Sequence record: OQ427096.1
Strand: one strand, 5' to 3'
DNA length: 64,000 nt
In this document: positions 23,898-33,217 of the stretch, piece after piece
Layout: every line of letters begins with the position of its first letter
Position numbering within the stretch: position 1 is the first letter of the stretch
Made by a program: the position numbers and the translations under genes
The notes under the pieces: model-generated
What the model was told of the DNA's origin: nothing
Database searches by the model: none
Seen by the model: the letters and a program-made list of their open reading frames with translations, nothing else

Positions 23898-24344
23898 ATG
23901 AACCGTGAACGTCTGATCTACATCGCTGAGTGGCTGGAAGCTGGCGCTCCGCATAAGGGCAAAGTGAAGGGCTTCGACATTTCCGTCGGTGTGCAGGCGC
24001 TCAAGAGCGATGCACCTTCCTGTGGTACCACCTGCTGCATTGCCGGTGCGGCTACGCAGTTCTTCAACGACGAAGATGGCGAGCTGGCCAACGCCGCTTT
24101 TGGCTTCAGCGAGTGGCAGGAAGATGATGCCACCAATGAAGCCGAGTGGGATGCGGTCTTCTATGAAGCGCAGGACCTGCTGGAGCTGGATCATAAGACC
24201 GCAGTCGACCTTTTCATTCCGGTCGGTGCAACCGGTATCTACGCTGAAGGCACCAACTGGTCGGATTTCAACGACCCCTACAAGACCGCACGCGTCATCC
24301 GCAATCTGCTGGAGACCGGCAAGGTCGACTGGAGCATCGAATAA
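23898..24344 (+). CDS. hypothetical protein
   Basis: CGTTCCIAGAA motif. Confidence 0.75.
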   Translation: MNRERLIYIAEWLEAGAPHKGKVKGFDISVGVQALKSDAPSCGTTCCIAGAATQFFNDEDGELANAAFGFSEWQEDDATNEAEWDAVFYEAQDLLELDHKTAVDLFIPVGATGIYAEGTNWSDFNDPYKTARVIRNLLETGKVDWSIE

Positions 24345-25231
24345 TGAAGGCAACTCTGACCATCGGTGTGTCTGCCTCGGGTAAGACCACCTGGGCGCTG
24401 TCTCAGCCGGGCGAAGTGCTGAGCCGCGACAACTACCGTTGGTCCATCATGGAAGAGAAGGGCATCTCGCCTTCCTGGACCAACTGGAAGTGGAAGTGGG
24501 AAAATCTGGTCACTGAACGCGTCGATGCCGACCTGGCACTGTGCGCGGCTCAGGGTAAGGATATCATCATCGCCGATACGAACTTGAACGAGAACGTTCG
24601 TGGCGCGATGGCTGCCAAGCTGGAAGCTCTGGGTTACACCGTCGAATACAAGTTCTTCGATGTGACTTGGGATGAAGCTGTTCGTCGCGACAACGAGCGT
24701 GCGCATGGTGTCGGCTATTCTGTGCTGCAGAAGCAGCATCAGCAGTTCCTGGACAACCATGTTGGTCGTCTCGCCGCAGACGCTGACAAGGGGACTCGTA
24801 AGGCTGCCATCGTCGACATTGATGGAACCGTGGCTCTGATGGAAGGCGTTCGTGGACCGTTCGAGTGGCACAAGGTGCACCTGGACAAGCCGCATACTCC
24901 GATCATCGATATGGTCAAGGGTCTGATGGCAGCTGGGTACTTCATCCTGTTCACCTCTGGTCGCAGTGATGAGTGCTTCGACCTGACCGAGAACTGGCTG
25001 CAGAGCGTCTTCGCCCCCGATGGCTACTGGCACGGCGACTGTCGTTTGCTGATGCGCGAAGCTTCGGATCAGCGTAAGGACACGATCGTGAAGGAAGAGA
25101 TCTACATGCGCCATATCCACTACAACTACGACGTGCAGATCGTTCTGGATGACCGTCCGAGCGTGTGCCGTATGTGGCGTGACCTGGGTCTGAACGTCGT
25201 GCAGGTCGGCAATCCCTACATCGAGTTCTAA
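24344..25231 (+). CDS. pseT: polynucleotide 5'-kinase/3'-phosphatase
   Basis: P-loop GVSASGKTT, SRD; HAD DIDGT and DDR motifs. Confidence 0.95.
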   Translation: MKATLTIGVSASGKTTWALSQPGEVLSRDNYRWSIMEEKGISPSWTNWKWKWENLVTERVDADLALCAAQGKDIIIADTNLNENVRGAMAAKLEALGYTVEYKFFDVTWDEAVRRDNERAHGVGYSVLQKQHQQFLDNHVGRLAADADKGTRKAAIVDIDGTVALMEGVRGPFEWHKVHLDKPHTPIIDMVKGLMAAGYFILFTSGRSDECFDLTENWLQSVFAPDGYWHGDCRLLMREASDQRKDTIVKEEIYMRHIHYNYDVQIVLDDRPSVCRMWRDLGLNVVQVGNPYIEF

Positions 25232-25232
25232 G

Positions 25233-25541
25233 ATGACGGACGCCGAAATCTATAAGGCGGTAATGGCGGAGCTCAAGGCAGCTCCGTTCATTACAACCAA
25301 TCGTGCACTCACGACAACGAAATTTGCAACGTTCAAATTCAAGAAGCGTTCGAGTGGGTACTACCTCAACGTTGACTTGCATTCTTGGCCTTCGGAGCAC
25401 GAGCGAGTACGCAAAGAGTTCAACTCATGGCTTTATAAGAAGCTGAAACCCTATGGTTGGGTTCCCTACACCACTTCCGGTGGCTGTGGCGAGTGGACCT
25501 ACCGACTTGATGGAGGAATAGAATTTGACTTCGGACCTTAA
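25233..25541 (+). CDS. hypothetical protein
   Basis: Packed ORF. Confidence 0.65.
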   Translation: MTDAEIYKAVMAELKAAPFITTNRALTTTKFATFKFKKRSSGYYLNVDLHSWPSEHERVRKEFNSWLYKKLKPYGWVPYTTSGGCGEWTYRLDGGIEFDFGP

Positions 25542-25743
25542 AATCGAATCAATCAAAACCGTTTACTCTGCTCTGAACATTCCTTTCCCGGAAGGTCAGG
25601 ATACTCACCTGTATGGTGTGCTGAATGATCTCTGGGAAACGGCTACTACGACCGTTGACGTCGAAGCAGTAAGGCAGCAGTCTTGGCAGGAAGGATATGA
25701 TGACGCACGCGAAGATCATGCGTGGGACAGTTCAAGCTGTTGA
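25525..25743 (+). CDS. hypothetical protein
   Basis: Packed ORF; W.SSSC end. Confidence 0.65.
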   Translation: MTSDLKIESIKTVYSALNIPFPEGQDTHLYGVLNDLWETATTTVDVEAVRQQSWQEGYDDAREDHAWDSSSC

Positions 25744-25772
25744 TTGACCTATCCAGGTCAAAGATGTAGACT
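25744..25772 (+). promoter_or_regulatory. early-type promoter
   Basis: TTGACC-N17-TAGACT followed by GTG-rich tract. Confidence 0.65.
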
Positions 25773-25819
25773 GTGAGTGTGGTAGCGGTAACACTTTATT
25801 ATTGGAGTACGTGATTTAG

Positions 25820-26809
25820 ATGGCACACGAAATTACTGAACGTGCAGACGGCACGAGTGAAATGGCGTTTACCGGTCCTCGCAGCGCAGTTTGGCACGGA
25901 CTTGGTCAGCAGGTTGATGAAAATGCTTCCTTCGATGATTGGAAGCGCATGGCAGGTTTGGATTGGGAAGTACACGAATCCACCGTCGATTACACCGCAG
26001 TGAGTGCAAAGGGTAAGCCTGAGAAGCATTCGATTCCGGACAAGCGAGTTCTGTTCCGTTCGGACAACAAGGAAGCTCTGGGTATTGTCTCGAATGACTT
26101 CAAGATCGTGCAGCCTGATCAGGTCATTGAGTTCTTCCGAGACCTTGTTGAACTGCATGGCTTCAAACTGAGTACTGCTGGATCGCTCTTCGGTGGTCGT
26201 CGTTTCTGGGCACTTGCAGATGTTGGCAAGAGCGAGAACGTTATCGACAAGGATCAGATTGACGGACATCTACTGCTGACAACGGCTGTGGATGGAACGA
26301 TGTCGACCCAAGCGCGTTTCACCTCAACCCGAGTGGTTTGCAACAACACTCTGACGATTGCTCTGCAAGGTGCAAGCTCTCGCCCTGTAATTCGTGTGAC
26401 TCATAAGAAGGACTTTGATCCGACTCAGGTCAAGATCGATCTCAAGCTCATCGACAAGGGCTGGGCTGACTTCATGACCAATATGCGGAAGCTGGCAAAC
26501 AAGAAGATGTCTGCTCGTCAGACTCGAGAGTTCTTCGAAGAGCAGCTGTACAATCCAGAACGTCGTGCAGACGAACAGACCTGGGGCGTGAACCGCGAAG
26601 TGACGCGTTTGACCGATCTGGCTCTGGGTGGTAGTGGGTCCGGTTACTCCAAGGGCACGGCGTACGGTACGCTGTGTGCGATTACGGAGCACTTTACACA
26701 CGGTTCCGGCAAGCGTGATCCGTCTCGCCAGTTCTGGGATGCTTATGTCGGTCATGGTGACTCGAAGAAGCAAGACATGTATCGCAATCTGTTGAAGGTT
26801 GCAGCCTAA
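25820..26809 (+). CDS. DUF932 family phage/plasmid protein
   Basis: WHGLG, LGIVSN.FKIVQP, AGSLFGGRRFWALA, RVVCNNTL. Confidence 0.9.
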   Translation: MAHEITERADGTSEMAFTGPRSAVWHGLGQQVDENASFDDWKRMAGLDWEVHESTVDYTAVSAKGKPEKHSIPDKRVLFRSDNKEALGIVSNDFKIVQPDQVIEFFRDLVELHGFKLSTAGSLFGGRRFWALADVGKSENVIDKDQIDGHLLLTTAVDGTMSTQARFTSTRVVCNNTLTIALQGASSRPVIRVTHKKDFDPTQVKIDLKLIDKGWADFMTNMRKLANKKMSARQTREFFEEQLYNPERRADEQTWGVNREVTRLTDLALGGSGSGYSKGTAYGTLCAITEHFTHGSGKRDPSRQFWDAYVGHGDSKKQDMYRNLLKVAA

Positions 26810-26819
26810 GGAGAAAGTA

Positions 26820-27065
26820 GTGAGCGAAGTAAAGAATGTTTCTGTAAGGTTTGGTGTACCTTTCCTGCCTCTGTTGACACTGCTGTTCATCGGTCTTAAG
26901 CTGGGTGAGATCGGTGTCGTCGCAGGCTGGTCTTGGTGGTTGGTCTGGGCGCCGCTGTGGGTTCCTGTAGCACTCGTGCTGGGTATCTGGGGTCTGATCA
27001 TTGGCCTGGGTGCAACGGTTGTTGTTGGTTCCTATCTCTATCGTAAAGCCAAAGGAAAGAAGTAA
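26820..27065 (+). CDS. small membrane protein
   Basis: LFIGLKL..WSWWLVWAPLW. Confidence 0.75.
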   Translation: MSEVKNVSVRFGVPFLPLLTLLFIGLKLGEIGVVAGWSWWLVWAPLWVPVALVLGIWGLIIGLGATVVVGSYLYRKAKGKK

Positions 27066-27068
27066 TCC

Positions 27069-27866
27069 ATGAAGAAGTTCTTTGTAGCAATTCTGATGGC
27101 TGCTGTTCTGGCCACCACTGGTTGTTCTGTGGTTTCGCCTGATCCTGGTCAGGAAGCTGTTCTGGTCGCCAAGCCAATGATCTTCGGCACCGGTGGCGTG
27201 CTGGATGAAACCGTCAAGCCTGGACGCGAGTTTGTGGCATTGACCACAGATGCGATCTATGTGGACGTGACTCCGCAGAACATCCCTGTGAACTTCGACG
27301 ACCTGTCTAGCAAGGACAACATCCTTCTTGACTTCGAGACGAACATCCAGCTGCAGGTCAAGAACGCATCGCAGCTCTACAAGACCAAGGGTCCTGAATG
27401 GTTCAAGAACAACATCCAGGCTAACTACCGAGCCATTGTTCGCGATGCTGTCAAGACCAAGGACATGAATGAGCTGATGTCTGGCCAAAAGACGGCTCAG
27501 GAAGTCGATGCCGACGTGACTGAGAAGCTGGTTGCACTGGTCAAGGAAAAGCTGGGTGACAATGTCGTGGTGATGGATGTCTCTCTGGGACGTGCCAAGC
27601 CCAACCCGGATGTTCTGCAGCAGATGAACCTGACAGCTGCCGAGCAGCAGCGCGCCAAGACGATGGTGCAGGCAGAATTGGCTGAACAGGCTCGAAAGCA
27701 GCAACAGATTGCTAAGGCAGACGCAGACAACGCATATCGAGACAAGATGTTTCTTTCTCCAGAGCAGTACCTTCGTCTCCAGATTGCCAACATCCAAGCC
27801 GATGCCTGTAAGGCAAGCAAGAGCTGTATCGTAGCGCCGCCTGGCACTTCGGTGCTCGTGCAGTAA
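27069..27866 (+). CDS. SPFH/band-7 domain lipoprotein
   Basis: Lipobox TTGC; coiled-coil EQQRAKT..AE..R; KADADNAY. Confidence 0.88.
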   Translation: MKKFFVAILMAAVLATTGCSVVSPDPGQEAVLVAKPMIFGTGGVLDETVKPGREFVALTTDAIYVDVTPQNIPVNFDDLSSKDNILLDFETNIQLQVKNASQLYKTKGPEWFKNNIQANYRAIVRDAVKTKDMNELMSGQKTAQEVDADVTEKLVALVKEKLGDNVVVMDVSLGRAKPNPDVLQQMNLTAAEQQRAKTMVQAELAEQARKQQQIAKADADNAYRDKMFLSPEQYLRLQIANIQADACKASKSCIVAPPGTSVLVQ

Positions 27867-27887
27867 GAAAACTTTCTGCAAGTAGGA

Positions 27888-27913
27888 GAAGCCACAGAAA
27901 TGTGGCTTTTCTT
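27888..27913 (+). terminator. Intrinsic terminator
   Basis: AGAAGCCAC-AGAAAT-GTGGCTTTT. Confidence 0.7.
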
Positions 27914-27947
27914 GCGTCAATCGAGAACTTTCTGGCCTACGAAAAGG

Positions 27948-27976
27948 TTGTTCCAGAAGTGCCTGATCTGTAGACT
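27948..27976 (+). promoter_or_regulatory. early-type promoter
   Basis: TTGTTC-N17-TAGACT followed by GTG-rich tract. Confidence 0.6.
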
Positions 27977-28028
27977 GTGTGAGTGGTAAACAGTTCCGAA
28001 AAAACAAATCACTCCAAGAGGTTCCGAA

Positions 28029-28268
28029 ATGTCTGAGTATGTCGTCGTTCCGCAGGTCAAGGGTCTTTCGAAGGTGCCGGCTTATGTTGGCAACCGTGTC
28101 GATGGCTACCAGACTGTCTACCTGACCGTCGGAACCAAGGTGACCAACGTCTCGAAGTTCCCCTATGAACTGAAGAAGTTCTACGGCACGATCGACGGCG
28201 TGGTCCACGTCCTCTGGAAGGACTCGATCAAGCGCGCCCCGCGTGTCAAGAAGGGAGAAGAAGAATGA
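28029..28268 (+). CDS. hypothetical protein
   Basis: GAGG RBS after promoter. Confidence 0.7.
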   Translation: MSEYVVVPQVKGLSKVPAYVGNRVDGYQTVYLTVGTKVTNVSKFPYELKKFYGTIDGVVHVLWKDSIKRAPRVKKGEEE

Positions 28269-28558
28269 ACCGCTGGTGCAGGTTCTTCGCCACCCTCGGT
28301 CTCGGTCTGGCCATTGCAGGCGGGTTGACTGGATGCTTCGAGCATTCACCTCCACAAGAAGCCAGCTATACCCAGAACGGCATCCAGGTCGAGAAGCTTT
28401 TTGTCAAGGACGGATGCACGGTTTACCGATTCCTTGACGGCAACATTCGCTACGTCTACTACGCAGACTGCTCGAAGTCTGCGACGGTGAGTTACTCCGA
28501 GAACTGCGGTAAGAGCTGCGAGCGTCCCGTCGTGAATACTTCTTCCAAGGAACAGTGA
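28265..28558 (+). CDS. putative lipoprotein
   Basis: Lipobox LTGC; VEKLFVKDGCTVYRF. Confidence 0.75.
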   Translation: MNRWCRFFATLGLGLAIAGGLTGCFEHSPPQEASYTQNGIQVEKLFVKDGCTVYRFLDGNIRYVYYADCSKSATVSYSENCGKSCERPVVNTSSKEQ

Positions 28559-28956
28559 TGCGAACCTACCATAAAGACGGCACCCAGGCAGCACCGGACG
28601 AGATTTTCGTCTTCGGCAGTAACCTCGCCGGTCGGCATGGTGCAGGTGCAGCAAAAGCCGCCCTACATCACTACGGTGCGAAGTACGGCGAAGGCATCGG
28701 CGAGCAAGGTCGGTCGTACGCAATTCCGACCAAGGATGAACACATCCAGACCCTGCCGATCGAACTGATCAAGCCGCACATCGACGAATTCATTCGTCAG
28801 GCTGGTCATCTCTTCAACACCCGAAAGTATTTCGTTACTCGAATCGGTTGTGGCCTCGCAGGCTATACCGACGAGCAGATCGCTCCTCTGTTCCGCGAAG
28901 CGCCGTACAGCAATATGAGCTTCCCGGAAGAGTGGAAACCCTATCTCGAGGACTGA
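28555..28956 (+). CDS. conserved phage protein (A1S_2505-like)
   Basis: IFVFGSNLAGRHGAGAA, YAIPTK, VTRIGCGLAG. Confidence 0.85.
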   Translation: MMRTYHKDGTQAAPDEIFVFGSNLAGRHGAGAAKAALHHYGAKYGEGIGEQGRSYAIPTKDEHIQTLPIELIKPHIDEFIRQAGHLFNTRKYFVTRIGCGLAGYTDEQIAPLFREAPYSNMSFPEEWKPYLED

Positions 28957-28964
28957 GAACTGTT

Positions 28965-29219
28965 ATGCAGAAGTTGATGCGCGAAGGAATCATCATTGAC
29001 ACCAAGCGTCGGCAGGAGGGCAATCTCTCCATCCAGGTTCCGCCTGTACCGTCAGCTGAAGAACGTTACGGTGACTACTGCGCCAAACTGGCAGCACGTG
29101 GTTTGACCCCGAAGGTAAACAGCTTCCCCTGGGCGTGGAAGGGCAAGAAGAAGCCCAAGACGTTCCTCAGCAAGAAGCCTAAGATGCGCAAGCGTCGCAT
29201 GGAGACGGTACCGGTATGA
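28965..29219 (+). CDS. hypothetical protein
   Basis: Packed ORF. Confidence 0.55.
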   Translation: MQKLMREGIIIDTKRRQEGNLSIQVPPVPSAEERYGDYCAKLAARGLTPKVNSFPWAWKGKKKPKTFLSKKPKMRKRRMETVPV

Positions 29220-29388
29220 CCAAAGAAGAAATCATTCAAAAGTTGGGACGTGCGGCTGCAATCGATATCATCCTGCAGCGCGAACTAACCGAAGAGCAAC
29301 TCCAGCTCGTTCTCGAGGTTATCGAAATCTCGATGGACCTGGCAGAGGCGAACACCCTCAAGGCAATTGAACTCCGGAACGCAGCGCA

Positions 29389-29667
29389 ATGATCGAGCAC
29401 AAGAAAGATATCTTCTTCAAAGGCATCATGATCTTTGCGGTCATGGTGTGTCATTCTGACCAAGAGACATATACTGAAGGCATGGTGTACCGCGATGGTT
29501 ATATGGCTGCGGCTCGGAAGTTCTACGAGAACTTCGGCTACATGACCGCCAAGGAAACCCGTGACCTGTTCAGCACTGACACTCCGGTCTGGCCTGAATG
29601 GATGACGGAAGTTTTCATGGAAGTGGAGCGCCGAGTTTTCGACACCACCATCTGGGACAAGCAATGA
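29389..29667 (+). CDS. hypothetical protein
   Basis: Packed ORF. Confidence 0.65.
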   Translation: MIEHKKDIFFKGIMIFAVMVCHSDQETYTEGMVYRDGYMAAARKFYENFGYMTAKETRDLFSTDTPVWPEWMTEVFMEVERRVFDTTIWDKQ

Positions 29668-29903
29668 AAAAGATTCTCTCAATCGCTCTTCTGGCTCTGA
29701 GCCTCACAGCATGTTCGCGCCAGGAACTTCCGAGCCCGCCAGAAGCTGCAACGGCAGCAGCAGGCGAAACCGTCACCTCGCCTTGGACGAACAAATCGTT
29801 CGAGCATCGTGTCGAAGCCTTCTCGAAGCCAGACAAGTACGGCGTGGTTTGTTACCACTATCTGTACGGTGACCAATCCCTCTCTTGCATCAAGGTGCAG
29901 TGA
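29664..29903 (+). CDS. lipoprotein (Cys-pair family)
   Basis: Lipobox LTAC; VVCY...SLSCIKV. Confidence 0.72.
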   Translation: MKKILSIALLALSLTACSRQELPSPPEAATAAAGETVTSPWTNKSFEHRVEAFSKPDKYGVVCYHYLYGDQSLSCIKVQ

Positions 29904-30295
29904 TGAACCAGCAAGAAGCTCTTGAGAAATTGATCGAAGCCGCCGACCATGCCTACAAGGTCTTTCTGAGTCTGGCAGAACGCGGTGAATATCCGCAGGA
30001 GCTTCTTCCCTGGGACGGCGAAGGCAAAGACAGTCCGTTGTTCATGGGCCACCAAGGTCTGATGTTCTTGATCAACGCGATCAAGGATGCTAAGGCTGTA
30101 AAGCAGCCTCAGGCTTTCGTTGCAGACATGAAAACTTCCGGCGGCATGGAATACTACGTCATGTTGGGCACGCCAGAGCGGAATGATTCGCTCTTCATGT
30201 TCAAGAGCCGTAGCCGAGCAGAGTTCACTGCCGCCGAAGTCAACTATTCATTGGGCATTGGCCCGCAGCCCGACGTACTGGATTACGAAGAATGA
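29903..30295 (+). CDS. hypothetical protein
   Basis: Packed ORF. Confidence 0.65.
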   Translation: MNQQEALEKLIEAADHAYKVFLSLAERGEYPQELLPWDGEGKDSPLFMGHQGLMFLINAIKDAKAVKQPQAFVADMKTSGGMEYYVMLGTPERNDSLFMFKSRSRAEFTAAEVNYSLGIGPQPDVLDYEE

Positions 30296-30504
30296 GATTC
30301 GATATCACCACTCGCCAGCCCTACAGCTACCGAACCCGAAAGGTAGGTTTCTTCTGGGATACCTACGACATCGTCTACGATGAAACCGTGATCCGCGAAG
30401 TGAAAGACGAGAGTCTTGCGCGAGAAGTAGTCGTGCTTCTCAACTGCGCCTATCGCGAGGGTCACATCCAAGCTCAGATGGAGGCGATGGTCGATGCATA
30501 TTGA
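30292..30504 (+). CDS. hypothetical protein
   Basis: ATGA overlap. Confidence 0.65.
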   Translation: MRFDITTRQPYSYRTRKVGFFWDTYDIVYDETVIREVKDESLAREVVVLLNCAYREGHIQAQMEAMVDAY

Positions 30505-30661
30505 TCTTGACAAGCCGATGACTGAGCTCACCGTACGAGAATACGCCTGGCTGTTAGCATGGCAGGCTAAGCAAGTGACGGGAATGCCTACAGGTGAAAG
30601 GGTGCGGTGGATGGCAGATGTGGCCATCGCAGACCTGGAAGATTCTATCGAAAAGAGATGA
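30494..30661 (+). CDS. hypothetical protein (55 aa, not in ORF track)
   Basis: Read manually; fills gap, GGAGG upstream. Confidence 0.5.
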   Translation: MHIDLDKPMTELTVREYAWLLAWQAKQVTGMPTGERVRWMADVAIADLEDSIEKR

Positions 30662-30665
30662 AATA

Positions 30666-30851
30666 ATGGACACGACCTTCTATCAAGAAGCTATCGACGC
30701 ACTTGGCAACACCGAGCCGGAAGGCTTCGATGGTTGCTCAGGCGTTGGTTTCATCGACGGTTGTAAGCGGATGGGCTGCCACAACGAAGCTGACGAGGCC
30801 AAGTTGGTTGCCTTCCGAAAGGCAGCAATCGAGCAAAAATTCGTAGGCTGA
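30666..30851 (+). CDS. hypothetical protein
   Basis: Packed ORF. Confidence 0.6.
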   Translation: MDTTFYQEAIDALGNTEPEGFDGCSGVGFIDGCKRMGCHNEADEAKLVAFRKAAIEQKFVG

Positions 30852-30906
30852 GAAAGCCAAACACCGCTGTATAATGCTTCGACACACTTTGAAAAGGTAA
30901 TTGATC

Positions 30907-31317
30907 ATGACCTACGCCGCACAAGCTGCTACCGAACTGCTGGACGCTCTGCATCACGCCCACCTGCTGGAAACTCGTCAGCGAGTTTACGAATCGATTG
31001 CGGATCTGCGCTATGCAGCACGCCACGAAGTCGAAGTGATGCTGCCGACTCTGAAGGCTGAGATCAAGCGCATCGGCAAGGCGCTGGAAGATGCTCGCGA
31101 GCGCGGTCTGAACCATGGCGACGTGATCTACGATGAGCTGGTTCGTACCATCCGTGAAGTGAACCACGCTCGTGCTCACAACCGTCAGCGCATCAAGGAC
31201 CTGGCACTGGATCAGGCAATCAACAAGGCTGCTCTGGCAGAACTCAATCGTGAGATTTCCTACTTCGAGGCTGAGGGTCTCGAACTGGAAGTCGAGCAGA
31301 TCATCAACTACCACTGA
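30907..31317 (+). CDS. hypothetical helical protein
   Basis: AAGG RBS; TATAAT upstream. Confidence 0.7.
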   Translation: MTYAAQAATELLDALHHAHLLETRQRVYESIADLRYAARHEVEVMLPTLKAEIKRIGKALEDARERGLNHGDVIYDELVRTIREVNHARAHNRQRIKDLALDQAINKAALAELNREISYFEAEGLELEVEQIINYH

Positions 31318-31327
31318 GGAACAAGAC

Positions 31328-31507
31328 ATGTTCGGATCTCTTCTCAAGGCAGCCGTAGGCGTTGCCGTTTCACCCATCAAGGTAGCAGCAGACGTCGTCA
31401 CCCTGGGTGGCGCGATCACCGACCGTCGTGAGCCGTACACCGTCACTGCTGTTCGTGAAGTCATGGAGAACCTGGAAAACGCTACCAAGCCGGATCCGCT
31501 GCGGTGA
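31328..31507 (+). CDS. conserved small phage protein
   Basis: MFGSLLKAAVGVAVSPIKVAADVVTLGG. Confidence 0.75.
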   Translation: MFGSLLKAAVGVAVSPIKVAADVVTLGGAITDRREPYTVTAVREVMENLENATKPDPLR

Positions 31508-31866
31508 CCGCCTCTATCTGGGCTAGCAAGCCGCATCGCGAAGACCTCTACGCTGACTGTCTCGACCACTGGGGTGCACCTGCCCAGACCGATATGCTCG
31601 TCGAGGAACTTGCTGAGCTAATCGTCGCGGTACAGAAGTACACCAAGCGGAAGGCCACCTACGACAACTTCGATCACATGGCTGAGGAAATGGCTGATGT
31701 GATTTTGATGATCGAAGAGATGGCATTCCATTTCAATCAGGAAGGTCACGCAGAAGCGAACAAGCCGTTTACCGAAATGGTCGCGGGTTGGATGGCTTTC
31801 AAGTGCAACCGAACTGAGCAGCGTCTGGCAGAATCCATCGCACGTCGGTATCCGGAAATCGAATGA
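31504..31866 (+). CDS. MazG-like nucleotide pyrophosphohydrolase
   Basis: EELAEL...EEMADV motifs. Confidence 0.75.
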   Translation: MTASIWASKPHREDLYADCLDHWGAPAQTDMLVEELAELIVAVQKYTKRKATYDNFDHMAEEMADVILMIEEMAFHFNQEGHAEANKPFTEMVAGWMAFKCNRTEQRLAESIARRYPEIE

Positions 31867-32057
31867 ACGCACTCATGGTGACATATTTCGTCGAGAACGG
31901 TATGGGCTACCTCTTTGAGCAGCCCTCCGAGATCGCTCGTCCTTTGGCTTGCTCAATGACAGGCAAGCCGATGGCATGGCCTTTCAGGGTGGACAAGAGC
32001 TTTGTCCGAGAAGACGGATATGTCCCTGTGCTTCTGCAAGAGGCAGCAAACGCATGA
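31863..32057 (+). CDS. hypothetical protein
   Basis: ATGA overlap. Confidence 0.55.
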   Translation: MNALMVTYFVENGMGYLFEQPSEIARPLACSMTGKPMAWPFRVDKSFVREDGYVPVLLQEAANA

Positions 32058-32596
32058 TCAATCGATATAAGCTCGACGTCCTGTTGACGGATGAAGAGGA
32101 AGACAAGCTCTGGGAAATGAAGAAGAACAACGACCCGCTGTATGGTCGTCGTATCAGCGAATATTTCCATGTGGTTGAACACAATCGCGGAATGCAGTTT
32201 GCCATTGATCGTCTCAACGAAGCCTACGCCAACGACTTTGTTGATGAGTTTGGCATTGACTTCCTGGATGGCAGCGAGTACGCGTTCGTCACCGACAACC
32301 ATGACCTGGCATCGGAACTGATTCGCATCCTCGAGCTGGACTTCATCTACGACTTCAAGGCTGACGTCTTCATCTTTGATATCTGGGCTTGCCACGAAGC
32401 ATGGCTGTCCTATCTGTACGAGCGATTCAAGGGTCGTGTTCGCGGAAACATGCGAGCGGGTGATGTGGCAGAACGGTATGTACGAGAAGGCTATGGCATC
32501 TATCAATCGAGCCAGTCTTATCGTATCATGATCGGCGAGAATGTTGCTATTCCGTCGTTCCTGAGCCAATTCAAGAGCCGCTTCCTGAGAATCTAA
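32054..32596 (+). CDS. hypothetical protein
   Basis: Packed ORF. Confidence 0.7.
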   Translation: MINRYKLDVLLTDEEEDKLWEMKKNNDPLYGRRISEYFHVVEHNRGMQFAIDRLNEAYANDFVDEFGIDFLDGSEYAFVTDNHDLASELIRILELDFIYDFKADVFIFDIWACHEAWLSYLYERFKGRVRGNMRAGDVAERYVREGYGIYQSSQSYRIMIGENVAIPSFLSQFKSRFLRI

Positions 32597-32597
32597 A

Positions 32598-32888
32598 ATG
32601 AACCTTATCCACTGGGCTGACCAACACCTCGACTATCGTTGTTCCTTCATGCCAACGATGCTCAACATCAATGGCGAAACTGAGACTGCTACCATTCGGC
32701 TTAAGAGTCGGCAGCTGTGTCAGGGATCGAGAATGGTAACCATTGTGCGAGAGTCCGGTGAGGTTATTGAAGTGTACCTGGATGACCTTGAGCCGATGAC
32801 CGAAAGCCTGTATTATTTTGATACGCCTGACGGTGTGTCGGGTTCGTTGCTCATTCCATTCCCTCAAGAGACCGATGACGGATGCTAA
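32598..32888 (+). CDS. hypothetical protein
   Basis: Packed ORF. Confidence 0.65.
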   Translation: MNLIHWADQHLDYRCSFMPTMLNINGETETATIRLKSRQLCQGSRMVTIVRESGEVIEVYLDDLEPMTESLYYFDTPDGVSGSLLIPFPQETDDGC

Positions 32889-33205
32889 CTGCAGAAAAAG
32901 CAAGGCTAGTTCTCACTGTCCATCTGGCACTTGAAAAGCTGGACAAAGAAGTTCGTAAGGCTGCGGTCGAGGGTAAGAATTCTCTGATCGTTTGGGAAGG
33001 CCAAGTTACGCATATGGAGCACAGTCTTAAGCCTGTAGCAACACCTTTTCATACTATGATGATCGAAGAACTCGTCAGCCTTGGATATAAGGCTGTCTGG
33101 GGACAAGTCTCAGAATATGATAACGCAAAAGGCTTTGGTTCCTGGGGAGACGATGAGCATACGGCACCTAAGTCAGCAGCGTTTTCAATCAAGATTAGCT
33201 GGTAA
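32882..33205 (+). CDS. hypothetical protein
   Basis: KAAVEG...LGY...ISW pattern. Confidence 0.7.
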   Translation: MLTAEKARLVLTVHLALEKLDKEVRKAAVEGKNSLIVWEGQVTHMEHSLKPVATPFHTMMIEELVSLGYKAVWGQVSEYDNAKGFGSWGDDEHTAPKSAAFSIKISW

Positions 33206-33217
33206 CCGGAGAACACT

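Noticed and set aside
18858-28355. Long minus-strand ORFs (e.g. 18858-20135, 20924-21655, 26694-28355)
   Set aside because: Antisense shadows of strongly codon-biased + strand genes
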